Shown in pieces: positions 39,332-49,699 of a stretch of DNA of 64,000 nucleotides (position 1 is its first letter; the number at the start of each line of letters is the position of its first letter). Made by a program: the position numbers and the translations under genes. The stretch covers positions 681,987 to 745,986 of the forward strand of contig OX638295.1 of NCBI GenBank assembly GCA_951812345.1. The letters run 5' to 3'. Source of the DNA: Rhodothermales bacterium. GTDB taxonomy: Bacteria > Bacteroidota > Rhodothermia > Rhodothermales > VXPQ01. Under the pieces are notes generated by a model. That model was not told where the DNA came from and ran no database searches. It worked only from the letters and a program-made list of their open reading frames with translations.

Positions 39332-39405
39332 TGGGTCCTGACGGATTCGAACCATCGACCTCTACGATGTCAACGTAGCGCTCTAACCAACTGAGCTAAG
39401 GACCC
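39332..39405 (-). tRNA. tRNA-Val(GAC)
   Basis: GGGTCCTTAGCTCAGTTGGTTAGAGCGCTACGTTGACATCGTAGAGGTCGATGGTTCGAATCCGTCAGGACCCA folds as a cloverleaf; CCA not encoded. Confidence 0.95.
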
Positions 39406-39521
39406 GTGAACGTTTCTCCGCCGGGCGGCAGACCGACATCCACATGGTTCGCCGTTCGAACCGGCGGAGACAACCACGGCAGGGAAGGCGCGCGACTTTC
39501 CGGCGAAAGGGTTCCAAATAT

Positions 39522-39625
39522 AGGATACTCTGATCAAGTCCGCAAAGTTCAGAGGCTGCGAGGGGTGCGCTGGTAAGGAATGACGAAGCAATGTATGTGG
39601 CGGCCCCGCATAATGAGAAATGACC
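39522..39625. repeat. MITE-like family 1 partial copy
   Basis: AGGATACTCTGATCAAGTCCGCAAAGTTCAGAGG; reverse-complement match to the right part of 61892-62147. Confidence 0.8.
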
Positions 39626-39667
39626 CGCCCTTTGGCAACTTTTGTATATAAGCCCCTAAGATTGTTG

Positions 39668-39830
39668 TGTCCATATGACAGAAATGGCCCGAAAAATCCG
39701 GACAGCTTTTTTCGCGGATTTACGTGCAGCGCCGCATCGGGGTACGCCGCTTCGTCGAGCGGCTTTCGTTTGCAGAATACGTCGTCGGGCGCTCGGTTGT
39801 CAAGTCCGTGCACGGCGGCGAGGAATGGGG
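39668..39830 (-). mobile_element. IS3 end remnant related to 28915-29050
   Basis: AGAAATGGCCCGAAAAATCCGGACAG; encodes GLDNRAPDDVFCKRKPL versus GLDNRTPDDVFYKRKPL. Confidence 0.75.
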
Positions 39831-39961
39831 CTGGCGCCCGATTGTAACAAGGTTGAGAAGAGGGGAACCACCATCGCAGGCATCCGTACCGCACAGCCTG
39901 CAGAGGCGAAAGGAAAGATTCGGATGTGGATCAGGCCCTGTAATCACATCAACGAAGATCA

Positions 39962-41329
39962 ATGAGATCCTTGGAAAACCCCATTTCAGTTGCTTCTCGC
40001 CGTAAGTTCCTGAAGACATCCGGTGCGTTTACGCTTGGTTTTGCCGGACTTCAATCATTGGTAGGATGCCAAAGCTTTCCTGCGCGAGCGAGAGATAGAT
40101 TTGGGCCTCTGGTAACGGATCCAGAAGGAATTATGGATCTACCCGAAAAATTCAGTTACAAAATTGTCTCCCGCATGGGGGATCTGATGGATGATGGGTT
40201 TTATGTACCAGGCGCCGCGGATGGCATGGCCACATTTGCCGGCCCTGCCGGAGAAACTATTGTGATTCGGAATCATGAAGTTAATCCAGATGCAGATCCA
40301 GGTATGGGTCCATTCGGGGCAGACAATATGCGGTTGAGTCGGATTGATTCAGACCTCCTGTATGATGCGGGCACAGAAGGAAGCCCAGCGCTTGGTGGAA
40401 CGACGACCTTTGTATATGATACCGCAACGCAGCAGTTGGTATCTCAGTATTTAAGCCTTGCTGGCACTTTGCGCAATTGCGCCGGCGGCCCAACGCCTTG
40501 GAATACCTGGATTACATGTGAGGAGATCACCACCATAGAGGGAGATGGATTTGCCAAAGATCACGGCTATGTCTTTCAGGTCCCCGCAAGCGTAACACCG
40601 CAGATTGCACGCCCAACTCCGATTCGGGCAATGGGGCGGTTTAGGCATGAGGCAGTGGCAGTTGACCCGGCGACCAACATAATCTACCAGACAGAGGATA
40701 TGCATGATAGTCTGATCTACCGTTTCATTCCGCAGGATCCGGCAAATCTGGAAGCCGGAGGTCCATTGCAGGCACTTCAAATCACAGGCAGGTCCAGGTC
40801 CAGCCTTGACACGCGGAATTGGGAGGCGCAGACCGTAACGGTCGGATCACAGATGGAGGTTAGTTGGATAGATCTGGACGATATTGAAGCTCCGTTGGAT
40901 GACCTGCGTCTTCGAGGATTTGATCAGGGTGCAGCAAGGTTTGCACGCGGTGAGGGGATGTGGTACGGAAACAATGCCGTTTACTTCGCCTGCACCAATG
41001 GGGGAAGCGCCAAGTGTGGTCAGATCTGGCGACTCGTTCCCTCAGAGAATCGGCTCGAGTTATTTATTGAACCCAATGATCCCGGTTTGATTGAGAATGC
41101 AGACAATCTGACAGTCACCCCCTGGGGGGATCTGATCGTATGTGAGGATGGATCCAATGAGCAATTCCTTGTTGGAGTCACACCGGGGGGAGAGATGTAC
41201 AAATTTGCGCGCAATGCGGTGAGTGACTCCGAGTTGGCCGGCGCAACCTTCTCCCCCGATGGGACCACCCTGTTTGTCAATATTCAGTGGGATGGTTTGA
41301 CATTGGCCATTACCGGCCCATGGACTTGA
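39962..41329 (+). CDS. PhoX-family (DUF839) alkaline phosphatase with Tat signal
   Basis: SRRKFLK, DGMA, RNHE, NCAGG.TPWNTW.TCEE, GRFRHEA, GEG, ADN, ELAGATFSPDG. Confidence 0.85.
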   Translation: MRSLENPISVASRRKFLKTSGAFTLGFAGLQSLVGCQSFPARARDRFGPLVTDPEGIMDLPEKFSYKIVSRMGDLMDDGFYVPGAADGMATFAGPAGETIVIRNHEVNPDADPGMGPFGADNMRLSRIDSDLLYDAGTEGSPALGGTTTFVYDTATQQLVSQYLSLAGTLRNCAGGPTPWNTWITCEEITTIEGDGFAKDHGYVFQVPASVTPQIARPTPIRAMGRFRHEAVAVDPATNIIYQTEDMHDSLIYRFIPQDPANLEAGGPLQALQITGRSRSSLDTRNWEAQTVTVGSQMEVSWIDLDDIEAPLDDLRLRGFDQGAARFARGEGMWYGNNAVYFACTNGGSAKCGQIWRLVPSENRLELFIEPNDPGLIENADNLTVTPWGDLIVCEDGSNEQFLVGVTPGGEMYKFARNAVSDSELAGATFSPDGTTLFVNIQWDGLTLAITGPWT

Positions 41330-41445
41330 TCAACTAATATTGCGCCAAATTGCTGTCGTTTTACTGACCGGTTTCCGCCGGATCGGTTTCGGTCGGGGTG
41401 CGTTGTTATGCCCGTCTTTTCGCTTTTGTTTTTCTGCTTCCCGAC

Positions 41446-42021
41446 ATGACGACATTTACGGATGCACAGTCGGATGCGGTGGCCGGCGCGATCCGGAACC
41501 GCCGCACCATACATAATTTCGAACCGGCTCCGGCGCCTCCGGAAGAGGAGATGCTGGCGGCGATCGACCTTGCGCGGTGGGCGCCTAATCATCATCTTAC
41601 CGAGCCGTGGCGGTTCTACCTGATCGGGCCGGAGACCGCCCGGGAAATTTCCCGCCTGAACGCGGATATGTACGGGCAATCGCGGGGCAAGCAGGCCGAA
41701 GCCGCAAAGTATGCGCGATGGGTTGGTATTCCGGGATGGGCGATCGTAACCTGTCTGCGGTCCGACGACGAGATCCGGCAGCGCGAAGATTATGCGGCGT
41801 GCTGTTGCGCCCTGCATAACGTGCAGTTATACCTCTGGACACGTGGCGTCGGGGTTAAGTGGACGACCGGCCTGGTCACCCGGACGGATCGATTTTTCGA
41901 GATTGCCGGGATCGACCCGGAGCAGGAGATGCTGGTCGGGTTGGTATGGTACGGTTTTGCTGCGGAAGTACCGCGCGTACAACGCAAACCCGTCCGGGAT
42001 ATTTTACGCCGGCGCCCCTGA
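41446..42021 (+). CDS. Nitroreductase family protein
   Basis: IRNRRTIHNF, RWAPNHHLTEPWRF, QLYLWTRGVGVKWTT. Confidence 0.85.
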   Translation: MTTFTDAQSDAVAGAIRNRRTIHNFEPAPAPPEEEMLAAIDLARWAPNHHLTEPWRFYLIGPETAREISRLNADMYGQSRGKQAEAAKYARWVGIPGWAIVTCLRSDDEIRQREDYAACCCALHNVQLYLWTRGVGVKWTTGLVTRTDRFFEIAGIDPEQEMLVGLVWYGFAAEVPRVQRKPVRDILRRRP

Positions 42022-42074
42022 GCGTACCCGGAACGGGACGTTTCGCAGAAGCAGGGCGTCGCCCCGGCAACGGG

Positions 42075-42800
42075 TCAGAAGGTGTATGCCATCCGCACGA
42101 GAGGCGCATCGGCTTCGATGGGCGGAGGACCCAGCGAAATGCGCAAGTTGGACCTTCCGGTTCGCCCGGCGGCGCGCAACGCGGCGACCCCGGCGATCAA
42201 CCGGTTGGCTGCCAGCGAGGCAATGAGCAGGCTGCGCCGCCGCCGCAACGATTCGGCGTCCTCGCGGAGTTCGCGAAAGCGGAGGAAGTGCTCTTCCGTA
42301 TCCCAGCGCCATTGAAACGAGGGATCGGCAGCGTACGTTACCTGATTCAGGGCGCCGTTTCGGAACTGCGCGTCGGTGAAAGCCTGCGAGGATCGGTACG
42401 TCGCAGCGTTCAGGTAAAACGTTCGATCCTTTCCGCTCGGATCGACGCCGGCATGGCGGGTGGCCATGGTTCGATAACTTTCGACGAGGTGGCTGCGTCG
42501 GCGGCCTGTGCTCAGGAGTCCGACCCACAAGCTGGCGTCCGTTAACGCGAAAGCCGTTCCCCAGCGGCCCCAGTCTCCGCCGCGGACGTAGCGATGGCCC
42601 AGTCCGGGGGCAATCATGCTGAGCGCAAAGGCTTTGCCCGAAGACGCCCTTTTCACAAGAGATTCGCCGAGTTCAGGCGTTTGTCCCCGGGTATCCTGAG
42701 CAGAGCCGGGCACCGGTCCCCACAAGGCGATGCACAGGATAACGAGGAACGTTGCGCTCGCTCGACGCATTGCTTCGATATGTCCGCATGTAGAAATCAT
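42075..42800 (-). CDS. Secreted/outer-membrane hypothetical protein
   Basis: Signal peptide, LSMIAPGLGHRYV, W.WD, terminal YTF; start uncertain. Confidence 0.6.
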   Translation of the reverse strand: MISTCGHIEAMRRASATFLVILCIALWGPVPGSAQDTRGQTPELGESLVKRASSGKAFALSMIAPGLGHRYVRGGDWGRWGTAFALTDASLWVGLLSTGRRRSHLVESYRTMATRHAGVDPSGKDRTFYLNAATYRSSQAFTDAQFRNGALNQVTYAADPSFQWRWDTEEHFLRFRELREDAESLRRRRSLLIASLAANRLIAGVAALRAAGRTGRSNLRISLGPPPIEADAPLVRMAYTF

Positions 42801-42809
42801 CCGTACCGA

Positions 42810-43259
42810 TCAGGCTGTTTTTCCGCCGTTCCGACCGGGTTCCCCGCATCGGAATTTCGTCAATCGCACCTCGTTCGTGTCTCCCTGCGTACTGTACTCC
42901 ACCTGATCCATCAGGCTCCGCATGATCTGTACGCCCAGTCCGCCTCCCCGCCTGCTCTCCGCAATCCGGAACAGGTTGGGTTTCGACCATGATTCCGGGT
43001 GGAAGGATCGGCCTTGATCCCGGATACACACCGTAAATCGCTCGCTGTCGACCCTGACGAGCACGGAAATTTTTTGCCGGGCGTCGTCGTAGGCATGTTC
43101 GATGATATTGGCGCACGCCTCGTCCACGGCCATTTTTATATGCGCGATCGCTTCCTCGCCAAGGCGCGCTTCGCGGGCATGCTTCTCCACAAACCGGCGC
43201 ACCTTGCCGAGGTGCTGCGCGGCGCTGGGGATACTGAGGCTATGTGCGGATTCGGGCAT
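42810..43259 (-). CDS. Anti-sigma factor / Ser-Thr kinase (RsbW-like)
   Basis: MAVDEACANIIEHAY, IRDQG, GGLGVQIMRSLMDQV. Confidence 0.9.
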   Translation of the reverse strand: MPESAHSLSIPSAAQHLGKVRRFVEKHAREARLGEEAIAHIKMAVDEACANIIEHAYDDARQKISVLVRVDSERFTVCIRDQGRSFHPESWSKPNLFRIAESRRGGGLGVQIMRSLMDQVEYSTQGDTNEVRLTKFRCGEPGRNGGKTA

Positions 43260-43294
43260 AAGGGAAATTGCTGCCGTCGCAATGCAAGCGCGTG

Positions 43295-43666
43295 TCAGGA
43301 ATCGTTCTTTTCGTTTCGGTCCGCATCGAATTTCCGGATGGCTTCTTCCTCCGCTTCGACAATGTCGAACAGCAAGGGGAAGCCCAACAGGTCGAATATG
43401 TTGAAGACATTGGCTTGAAGCCCCGCGATTTTGATATCGCCGCCGGCCTCGCGCATTTCCTCGATATAGGCCATGAACACGCCCAGGCCGGCGCTCGATA
43501 TATACTGCAGGTGCTCGCCGTTGACGATGATATGGTGATTTTTATCCTCCCGGCACTTTTGCAGCGCCGCTTCCAGTTCGGATACGGTATGCGCATCCAG
43601 CTCGCCTTTCAGATCAAGGATGCGGATGTGCGCTTCTGCGCGGAATCCAACCGAGAAATTGCTCAT
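43295..43666 (-). CDS. STAS anti-anti-sigma factor (RsbV-like)
   Basis: GELDAHT, LQYISSAGLG, FDLLGF. Confidence 0.92.
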   Translation of the reverse strand: MSNFSVGFRAEAHIRILDLKGELDAHTVSELEAALQKCREDKNHHIIVNGEHLQYISSAGLGVFMAYIEEMREAGGDIKIAGLQANVFNIFDLLGFPLLFDIVEAEEEAIRKFDADRNEKNDS

Positions 43667-45885
43667 GTTGCCGATCGTTTCGTGTGGTTTTTCGTGCCGT
43701 CCCATTTCAGGACCACGAGTGTCATGTCGTCATCGTATTCGGTACGACCAAGGTAATCGTGAAGGTCCGCGAGGAGCGCTTCATGCAGCGCCGACGCTTC
43801 TTTCTTCCGGAGGGCTTTCAGGGCTTCGAGCAGCCGCTCGTACCCGTATTCGGTCCCCTCGCTATTTCTGCTTTCGACGACGCCGTCCGTGTATACCGTA
43901 ACGGTGTCGCCGGGCTGGAGCGGAATATGCTCTTCTTCGAGCACATCCCGGAAACGCCCGCCCCGGTCCAGGCCGAGTCCGAGTCCTTGCGGGCGGATCA
44001 GACGTCCCGCACCCTCCCGGGAAATAAGGATGGCCGGGCAATGTCCGGCGCGAGCCAGGGTCAATTCTCCCTTGCGGACATCGATCACGCCATAGATCAC
44101 GGATACGAAGACATGGCGCTCGAGCGTGGAAGAGAGTGCAAGGTTGGCTTGTTCGAGGAAGTCTGTCGGCGAGGGCGCCATGCGCGTGGTGGAACGGAAA
44201 ATGCCCTGTAGCTCGGCCATATAGAACGCCGCCGAAGTGCCCTTGCCGGACACGTCCGCAACGATGAAGGCAAGGCGTTCTTCGTCCAGTTCCAGGAAAT
44301 CGTAGTAATCCCCTCCTACCTCGTGCGCCGGAATACTGGAAGCCGCCACCGCCAGTCCCTCCATCTTCGGCAGGTCGTGCGGCAGGAGTCTTTGTTGTAC
44401 CTCGCGGGCGATATCCAATTCGCGGGAGAGGCGTTCCCGTTCAAGTTGTTCCTCGAAGAGGCGCGCATTGTCCAGGGCAATGGCGGCCTGGGCGGCATAG
44501 ACGCTGATCGATTCGACATCGTCCTCCTCGAATCCCTGGACGACGTCCTTTGCTACGAAAAGCCCGCCCAGCAACCTGTCCCGCGTAATCAGCGGCGTCA
44601 TAAGGATCGTGCCGATCGGGTCGCCCGGTTTTTTTCGGATGCGCCGGTCTGCGGGGGCTTCGTCGAGGACCACCGGTTCGCGCCGGGCAGCGAGTTCTTC
44701 GTACAGCGCCGCCACGTCCACCATGGTTTCGATGTCCTCGGTCGGGGTCTTCCATGCCGCCACGACTTGCGGGCGGAGCGAGCCGCTGCGCTCGTCCGCA
44801 ATGGCCAGCCAGGCCATCTGCGCCGTGCCTGTATCCACAGGGGTTTTGGTAATGGTGAGATGCAATTTGTCGGGATCGAATGCCTGATTGACGAGATTCG
44901 TCAGGGAGTACATGGCAGTGATTTCCCCGGTTTTACGCCGGAAATCGCCCGTCGTGGGAAGGTGGAAAATGAGAAAAAGAAACGAGGTCACACAGTACAA
45001 GAGGCCAAAGGTCAATGCAGCCAGTGTGAACTGTTCCAGCGGGTAGCTGGCGTGGCGTATGTACATGAAATGCGCCGGCAGAATCCCGTCCGGGGACAAG
45101 GAGGCGAGCAATAACAGAATGAGCAGGATCGAGAACCCTACGCCGGCCGCCTTGGCCCGGAACGACAAAAAAACGATCCACGACACGCGGAAAGCGTTCA
45201 GGATCATAAGGATTACGACCAGCGTGAGGCCGATGTACTGTACTATCCCGGGATCTTCGGCAGGGTCCTTCAGGATGAACAGGAGGGAAAAGACGCCCAT
45301 GGAGATGAGCATCAGATACCAGTTCCGCTGGCTTTGCTTCGTTCGCTTGAACAGGACCAGGTCCTGAAAGCGGAGCAACAGGTAAAAGGCAAGCAGCACG
45401 CGCAGGGAACTCACCACGTGCATCTTGACGACCGTGGCGAACGTGAGCGGAACGCCGGTGTCGTATTCGAAGCCGAGCACAGCAGCGTCGCCTTCCACAT
45501 TTTCCGCGGTGGTAATGCCTATCATCAACCCGATGACACCCGCTGAAAGGAGCGCGACCAGCAACGTGGTCCAGAACGTCTTCAGGGGGCTGGCCGGTCG
45601 CTGTTTCAGGAAGTACGACAACAGAAACCAGACCAGTACGAATCCCGTGATGGCCACGAGCTGATAGGCAAAATTGACCGCGGCATGCCAGGGCGCGCCG
45701 GACACCCACTCGACTACATTGAACGCCACGCTCAGGAAGAAACATATCAGCGCGGCGACGATGAACGCCACCCGTTGGCCCCGGTTGCGCAACGCGGCGT
45801 CGATATATCCCTGCCCGCTTTGAAGAATCCTATTTGTGAAATGATTGGCCACAGGCGATTTGCCGGGTGAAAGGGCCTCTTTCAT
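43663..45885 (-). CDS. Membrane-bound GAF + SpoIIE/PP2C phosphatase
   Basis: N-terminal TMs, AAIALDNARL, VGGDYYDF, ADVSGKG, YTDGVVE, DDMT. Confidence 0.9.
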   Translation of the reverse strand: MKEALSPGKSPVANHFTNRILQSGQGYIDAALRNRGQRVAFIVAALICFFLSVAFNVVEWVSGAPWHAAVNFAYQLVAITGFVLVWFLLSYFLKQRPASPLKTFWTTLLVALLSAGVIGLMIGITTAENVEGDAAVLGFEYDTGVPLTFATVVKMHVVSSLRVLLAFYLLLRFQDLVLFKRTKQSQRNWYLMLISMGVFSLLFILKDPAEDPGIVQYIGLTLVVILMILNAFRVSWIVFLSFRAKAAGVGFSILLILLLLASLSPDGILPAHFMYIRHASYPLEQFTLAALTFGLLYCVTSFLFLIFHLPTTGDFRRKTGEITAMYSLTNLVNQAFDPDKLHLTITKTPVDTGTAQMAWLAIADERSGSLRPQVVAAWKTPTEDIETMVDVAALYEELAARREPVVLDEAPADRRIRKKPGDPIGTILMTPLITRDRLLGGLFVAKDVVQGFEEDDVESISVYAAQAAIALDNARLFEEQLERERLSRELDIAREVQQRLLPHDLPKMEGLAVAASSIPAHEVGGDYYDFLELDEERLAFIVADVSGKGTSAAFYMAELQGIFRSTTRMAPSPTDFLEQANLALSSTLERHVFVSVIYGVIDVRKGELTLARAGHCPAILISREGAGRLIRPQGLGLGLDRGGRFRDVLEEEHIPLQPGDTVTVYTDGVVESRNSEGTEYGYERLLEALKALRKKEASALHEALLADLHDYLGRTEYDDDMTLVVLKWDGTKNHTKRSAT

Positions 45886-46050
45886 ACGGGGAATGCATCA
45901 TACGGTTCTTGTCCTGCAGCATACCCGTTCAGGGCGATTCCGTAACTTTGTTATGTATTGATACGTAAGCGTAAACGGATCGTTACGTTCATTGCGTACA
46001 TTTCCTGCGCAGATATTTCTCCATCCATTTACGTCAGGCGCCCAGATCGC

Positions 46051-47910
46051 GTGAAACGACCCGGCATTATACGGTTTCAGTTGCTGTTGCTTGCAGTTGT
46101 GACGCTGCTTGTGTTGTGGCGTAGTACACAGCCTTCCCCTCCCCCGGATGGCCTGATCGTATATTCGGATATTGAACCCGATCTGCTGCTGGAGGAGACA
46201 TTCCGCGTCGAACAGCCGGTGCGCGTCGTTATCGACGCCACAGGGTCTTTCGAGTCGGAAGAGCAGGCGGATAGCGTTTCCCTTGCCGCCTACGGGTGGA
46301 TATTGCGCCGGGAAGACCGTGCGGTGGTCTGGGACATGCATTCGGCGCCCTTGCAACAAGGGGATAATACGCTGGTTCTAGTTGCCGATACGGTGGAGTT
46401 CCAGCCGGGCGTCTACGATGTGTATTTTACTTCGTATGGAAACGAGGAGGTTTCTTCCATCGGACTATCGTTGCTGGATGGGCTGTTTGATCTGTCCGTG
46501 GGCGATGGGCATTTCTGGCGCAACGACGCCGACGAGTGGCGGATGGTTGTGCGCGCGCTGGGAGATACGCTTGCCGGCCGGGTCCATCTTGATGCGGCTT
46601 CTGCTTTATTCCTTCCAGGGGAGGAAGAATTGCTTTGGACTTCGGCGCCCATGGAAGGGCGGGAAACCGCCGAACACCTGTTCGGGGTGATTCAGCCGGC
46701 GGAGGTGCGTGTGTATGCGGTGGGCGAAATAGGCGAGGAGCGGATGGATTTTGGCTGGATCGAAGAGGTGTCCAGTGGGGAGCGGGTGTGGGATATGCGT
46801 CGCGAGAATACCGTACCCGCCGGAGGATGGGAAGTCAACCGTATGTTCGACGGGACCGTTTCTTTGCCGCCCGGTCTGTATCGGGCGGTTTTCCGGACAG
46901 ATCCGCGACAGAACTATGGAGACTGGGTGCGGAATCCCCCGTTCGATCCGGCAGGGTGGGGCGTTTCGTTGTTCACTGCTGTTCCGGAAGCGGTGCGACC
47001 GGTCGATCCCTGGGAAGAACAGGAACCATTTGTCCGGATCAATCGCGTGGGGGACAATGAACGCCACATTGCACGATTTCGCGTACATGCGCCAGCCCGG
47101 ATCGCCGTCTATGCGTTGGGGGAAATGGGGGACGAGGAACGGTACGATTACGCAAGGATTACCGCCGGCCCCTCCGAGCGGGTGGTATGGGAGATGACGC
47201 CGGAGCGCTCCTTGCCTGCGGGCGGTCGCAATAACCGGCGCGAGTTGGCTTTTCTGGATCTGCCGCCGGGCATATACACGGCCACCTATCAAACGGACGA
47301 TTCGCATTCGTACGCCGGATGGTCGCATGGAGAACCCGATTACCCGGAAAGATGGGGCGTTACGCTGTTCCATGTCGATAAGGACACGGACCCATCCGCT
47401 ATCGAGGTGCTTACGGTAGACAGGGAGGCGTTTTCCGAAGCTCCGGACGCGGAAGACGATTCGGCCTTTGCGGCGGCGCCCGGGCGGCCTGCAGACCGGA
47501 GACGATTTTCTGGAGAGGGAGCGCCGGGTGCTCCGCTCGTCGATCTTACCGGGCTTGGCAACAGAGAGCGCGTTTCGGCCCCGTTTACCTTCGACGGGGA
47601 AGGATTTTTACGTATTCGGGCTGTGGGGGAGGTGTCGCTCAGCGGGCAGTACGATTACGGCTGGATCGAACATGCGGAGACAGGGGAGACCGTTTGGGAA
47701 ATGACCTGGCAGAATACGATTCCTGCCGGCGGCGACGATCGCAACAGGATGTTTGTCGGGACACTCTCGCTGGCTCCGGGGGACTACACGGTCTACTTCA
47801 CGACCGATTTTTCGCATGCCTACGGAGATTTTGAGGACAATGCGCCCAACGATCCCGAAGCTTGGGGGATCCGGATGTTCGCATCGCGTACGCCGGGGGA
47901 AGCGGAGTAG
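46051..47910 (+). CDS. Exported protein with four tandem beta-rich repeats
   Basis: N-terminal TM; recurring YGWI..VW.M...AGG..NR.F...L.PG.Y...TD.SH.Y...P..WG; GTG start assumed. Confidence 0.7.
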   Translation: MKRPGIIRFQLLLLAVVTLLVLWRSTQPSPPPDGLIVYSDIEPDLLLEETFRVEQPVRVVIDATGSFESEEQADSVSLAAYGWILRREDRAVVWDMHSAPLQQGDNTLVLVADTVEFQPGVYDVYFTSYGNEEVSSIGLSLLDGLFDLSVGDGHFWRNDADEWRMVVRALGDTLAGRVHLDAASALFLPGEEELLWTSAPMEGRETAEHLFGVIQPAEVRVYAVGEIGEERMDFGWIEEVSSGERVWDMRRENTVPAGGWEVNRMFDGTVSLPPGLYRAVFRTDPRQNYGDWVRNPPFDPAGWGVSLFTAVPEAVRPVDPWEEQEPFVRINRVGDNERHIARFRVHAPARIAVYALGEMGDEERYDYARITAGPSERVVWEMTPERSLPAGGRNNRRELAFLDLPPGIYTATYQTDDSHSYAGWSHGEPDYPERWGVTLFHVDKDTDPSAIEVLTVDREAFSEAPDAEDDSAFAAAPGRPADRRRFSGEGAPGAPLVDLTGLGNRERVSAPFTFDGEGFLRIRAVGEVSLSGQYDYGWIEHAETGETVWEMTWQNTIPAGGDDRNRMFVGTLSLAPGDYTVYFTTDFSHAYGDFEDNAPNDPEAWGIRMFASRTPGEAE

Positions 47911-48132
47911 GGGGCGGAGCGCGGTCAGGCTGCAATCGAATGGTTTTCGTTCGCTTGGGGAAGTAGCCTGACAAGCATTCCCGGTGAAGTCTCGGGTTTT
48001 CGGCGCCTTGACGGATCAACAGTAGCCCAAAGAGGCGTTGCACCTCATCCGAATCGGACGGATATTAGCGCACGGTTGCGCTATCGCGCCGTCGCGTTAC
48101 AGAAACGTTGGCCATCCTTTTTTATTGCCTTT

Positions 48133-49254
48133 ATGTCCATCTCTCTTGAAGCGGTATTGCGCGCCCTGTCGACTGTTGTGGCGCCGGACAGCGGCAAAGA
48201 CATCCTGCGCCTGAATCTGGTGAAGGGCCTTGTGGTCAAGGACGACCGGGTGGTTTTTACGATCCTGTTGAAGGATCCTCCGGCCTCGTTTGCCGAAAAC
48301 GTGGCCTCCCTGTGCCGGGAAGCCATCCGCAAGGAAACGCGCGAAGAGATCGACGTGGATATTACCGTCGATTTCGAGATGATTTCCCTCGATATGCACG
48401 AAGGCGGGTCCGCGAAAAGCGTACAGCCGAAAGGGGTGCTTAATTTCATTGCCGTGGCATCGGGAAAAGGGGGCGTGGGCAAGAGCACGGTCGCCGTGAA
48501 TCTGGCGGGCGCGCTCCGTAAAAAAGGGTACGACGTAGGGCTCGTGGACGCCGACATATACGGGCCTTCCGTACCGCTTATGTTCGGCGCCGGGGACGAA
48601 AAGCCTCGCGTCAATGAACACCGTAAGATCATGCCTGTGGAGCGCCACGGCGTGAAACTGCTTTCGATGGGCATGATGGTGGACCCCGGAAAAGCCGTTA
48701 TCTGGCGAGGCCCCATGGTTACGAACGCCATCCGGCAGTTTCTCGGAGAATGTGCATGGGGCGACCTGGATTATCTGATTCTGGACCTGCCGCCGGGCAC
48801 CGGAGACATTCAGCTTACCATCGTGCAGAGCCTTGCGCTCACCGGTGCGGTGATCGTATCGACGCCGCAGCCTGTCGCCCTCGCCGATGCCCGGAAAGGC
48901 GTGGCCATGTTCGAAAACGTGCAGGCGCCGGTGCTGGGCCTGGTAGAGAATATGGCCTGGTTTACGCCGCCCGAACTGCCCGACAAAAAATATTATCTTT
49001 TCGGGCGCGGAGGCGCCGCCGCGCTCAGCAGGGAGTTGGACGTGCCTTTGCTGGCCGAACTGCCGATCCAGGAGCGGTTGCGGGAGTCAGGTGATGAAGG
49101 AACACCCATTGTATTTGCCGAGCCGGACAGTACGTCGGCGAAAATGTTTGGAGCGCTTGCGGACCGGGTTGTACACCAGGTCACCGTACGTAACGCTACG
49201 CAAGCCGCCACGCAAAAAGTGGAAATCCTGCACAAGGGATCCGCACCGGCTTAG
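48133..49254 (+). CDS. mrp: Mrp/NBP35 Fe-S cluster carrier ATPase
   Basis: SGKGGVGKST, DADIYGPS, WRGPM, DLPPGTGD, ENM. Confidence 0.93.
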   Translation: MSISLEAVLRALSTVVAPDSGKDILRLNLVKGLVVKDDRVVFTILLKDPPASFAENVASLCREAIRKETREEIDVDITVDFEMISLDMHEGGSAKSVQPKGVLNFIAVASGKGGVGKSTVAVNLAGALRKKGYDVGLVDADIYGPSVPLMFGAGDEKPRVNEHRKIMPVERHGVKLLSMGMMVDPGKAVIWRGPMVTNAIRQFLGECAWGDLDYLILDLPPGTGDIQLTIVQSLALTGAVIVSTPQPVALADARKGVAMFENVQAPVLGLVENMAWFTPPELPDKKYYLFGRGGAAALSRELDVPLLAELPIQERLRESGDEGTPIVFAEPDSTSAKMFGALADRVVHQVTVRNATQAATQKVEILHKGSAPA

Positions 49255-49299
49255 CGTAGTTTGCAATAGATCAGCCTAATCGATCACAGGAAAACCTAC

Positions 49300-49599
49300 A
49301 TGTCCGGAGAAAACGAACACATCGGGCGACAGGAGTCTGTTGCAGACGCGGACGACGAACTCCGCGGCCGGATAGAAGAGGCGCTGGATATGATTCGGCC
49401 CTATTTGATGGCGGACGGGGGATCTGTGCGTCTCCTGAACGTGACGCCGGATATGGTGGTCGAGCTGGAATTGCTGGGCGCCTGCGGCACCTGTCCCATG
49501 AGCGCCATGACGCTGCGCGCCGGTATTGAGCAGGCTCTTCAGCGTTCCGTACCGCAAATCTCTCGCGTCGAGGCCGTGAACGCCCCTGCGCCCTACTGA
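49300..49599 (+). CDS. NifU C-terminal domain protein
   Basis: IRPYLMADGG, GACGTCPMS. Confidence 0.92.
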   Translation: MSGENEHIGRQESVADADDELRGRIEEALDMIRPYLMADGGSVRLLNVTPDMVVELELLGACGTCPMSAMTLRAGIEQALQRSVPQISRVEAVNAPAPY

Positions 49600-49699
49600 G
49601 CAGGTCGGGGTTTTCCGGTTTGCAGCACTGCGTTTTCCGCGGTCGGGACTGTTGCCCCGTTGTCTTTCCGCATGGTCCGGCGCCCCGGGCGCGAGCTTT

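Noticed and set aside
39332-39405. tRNA-Val as island integration site
   Set aside because: Foreign DNA lies on its 5' side; the 3' side runs straight into thrS and no duplicated tRNA 3' end was seen.
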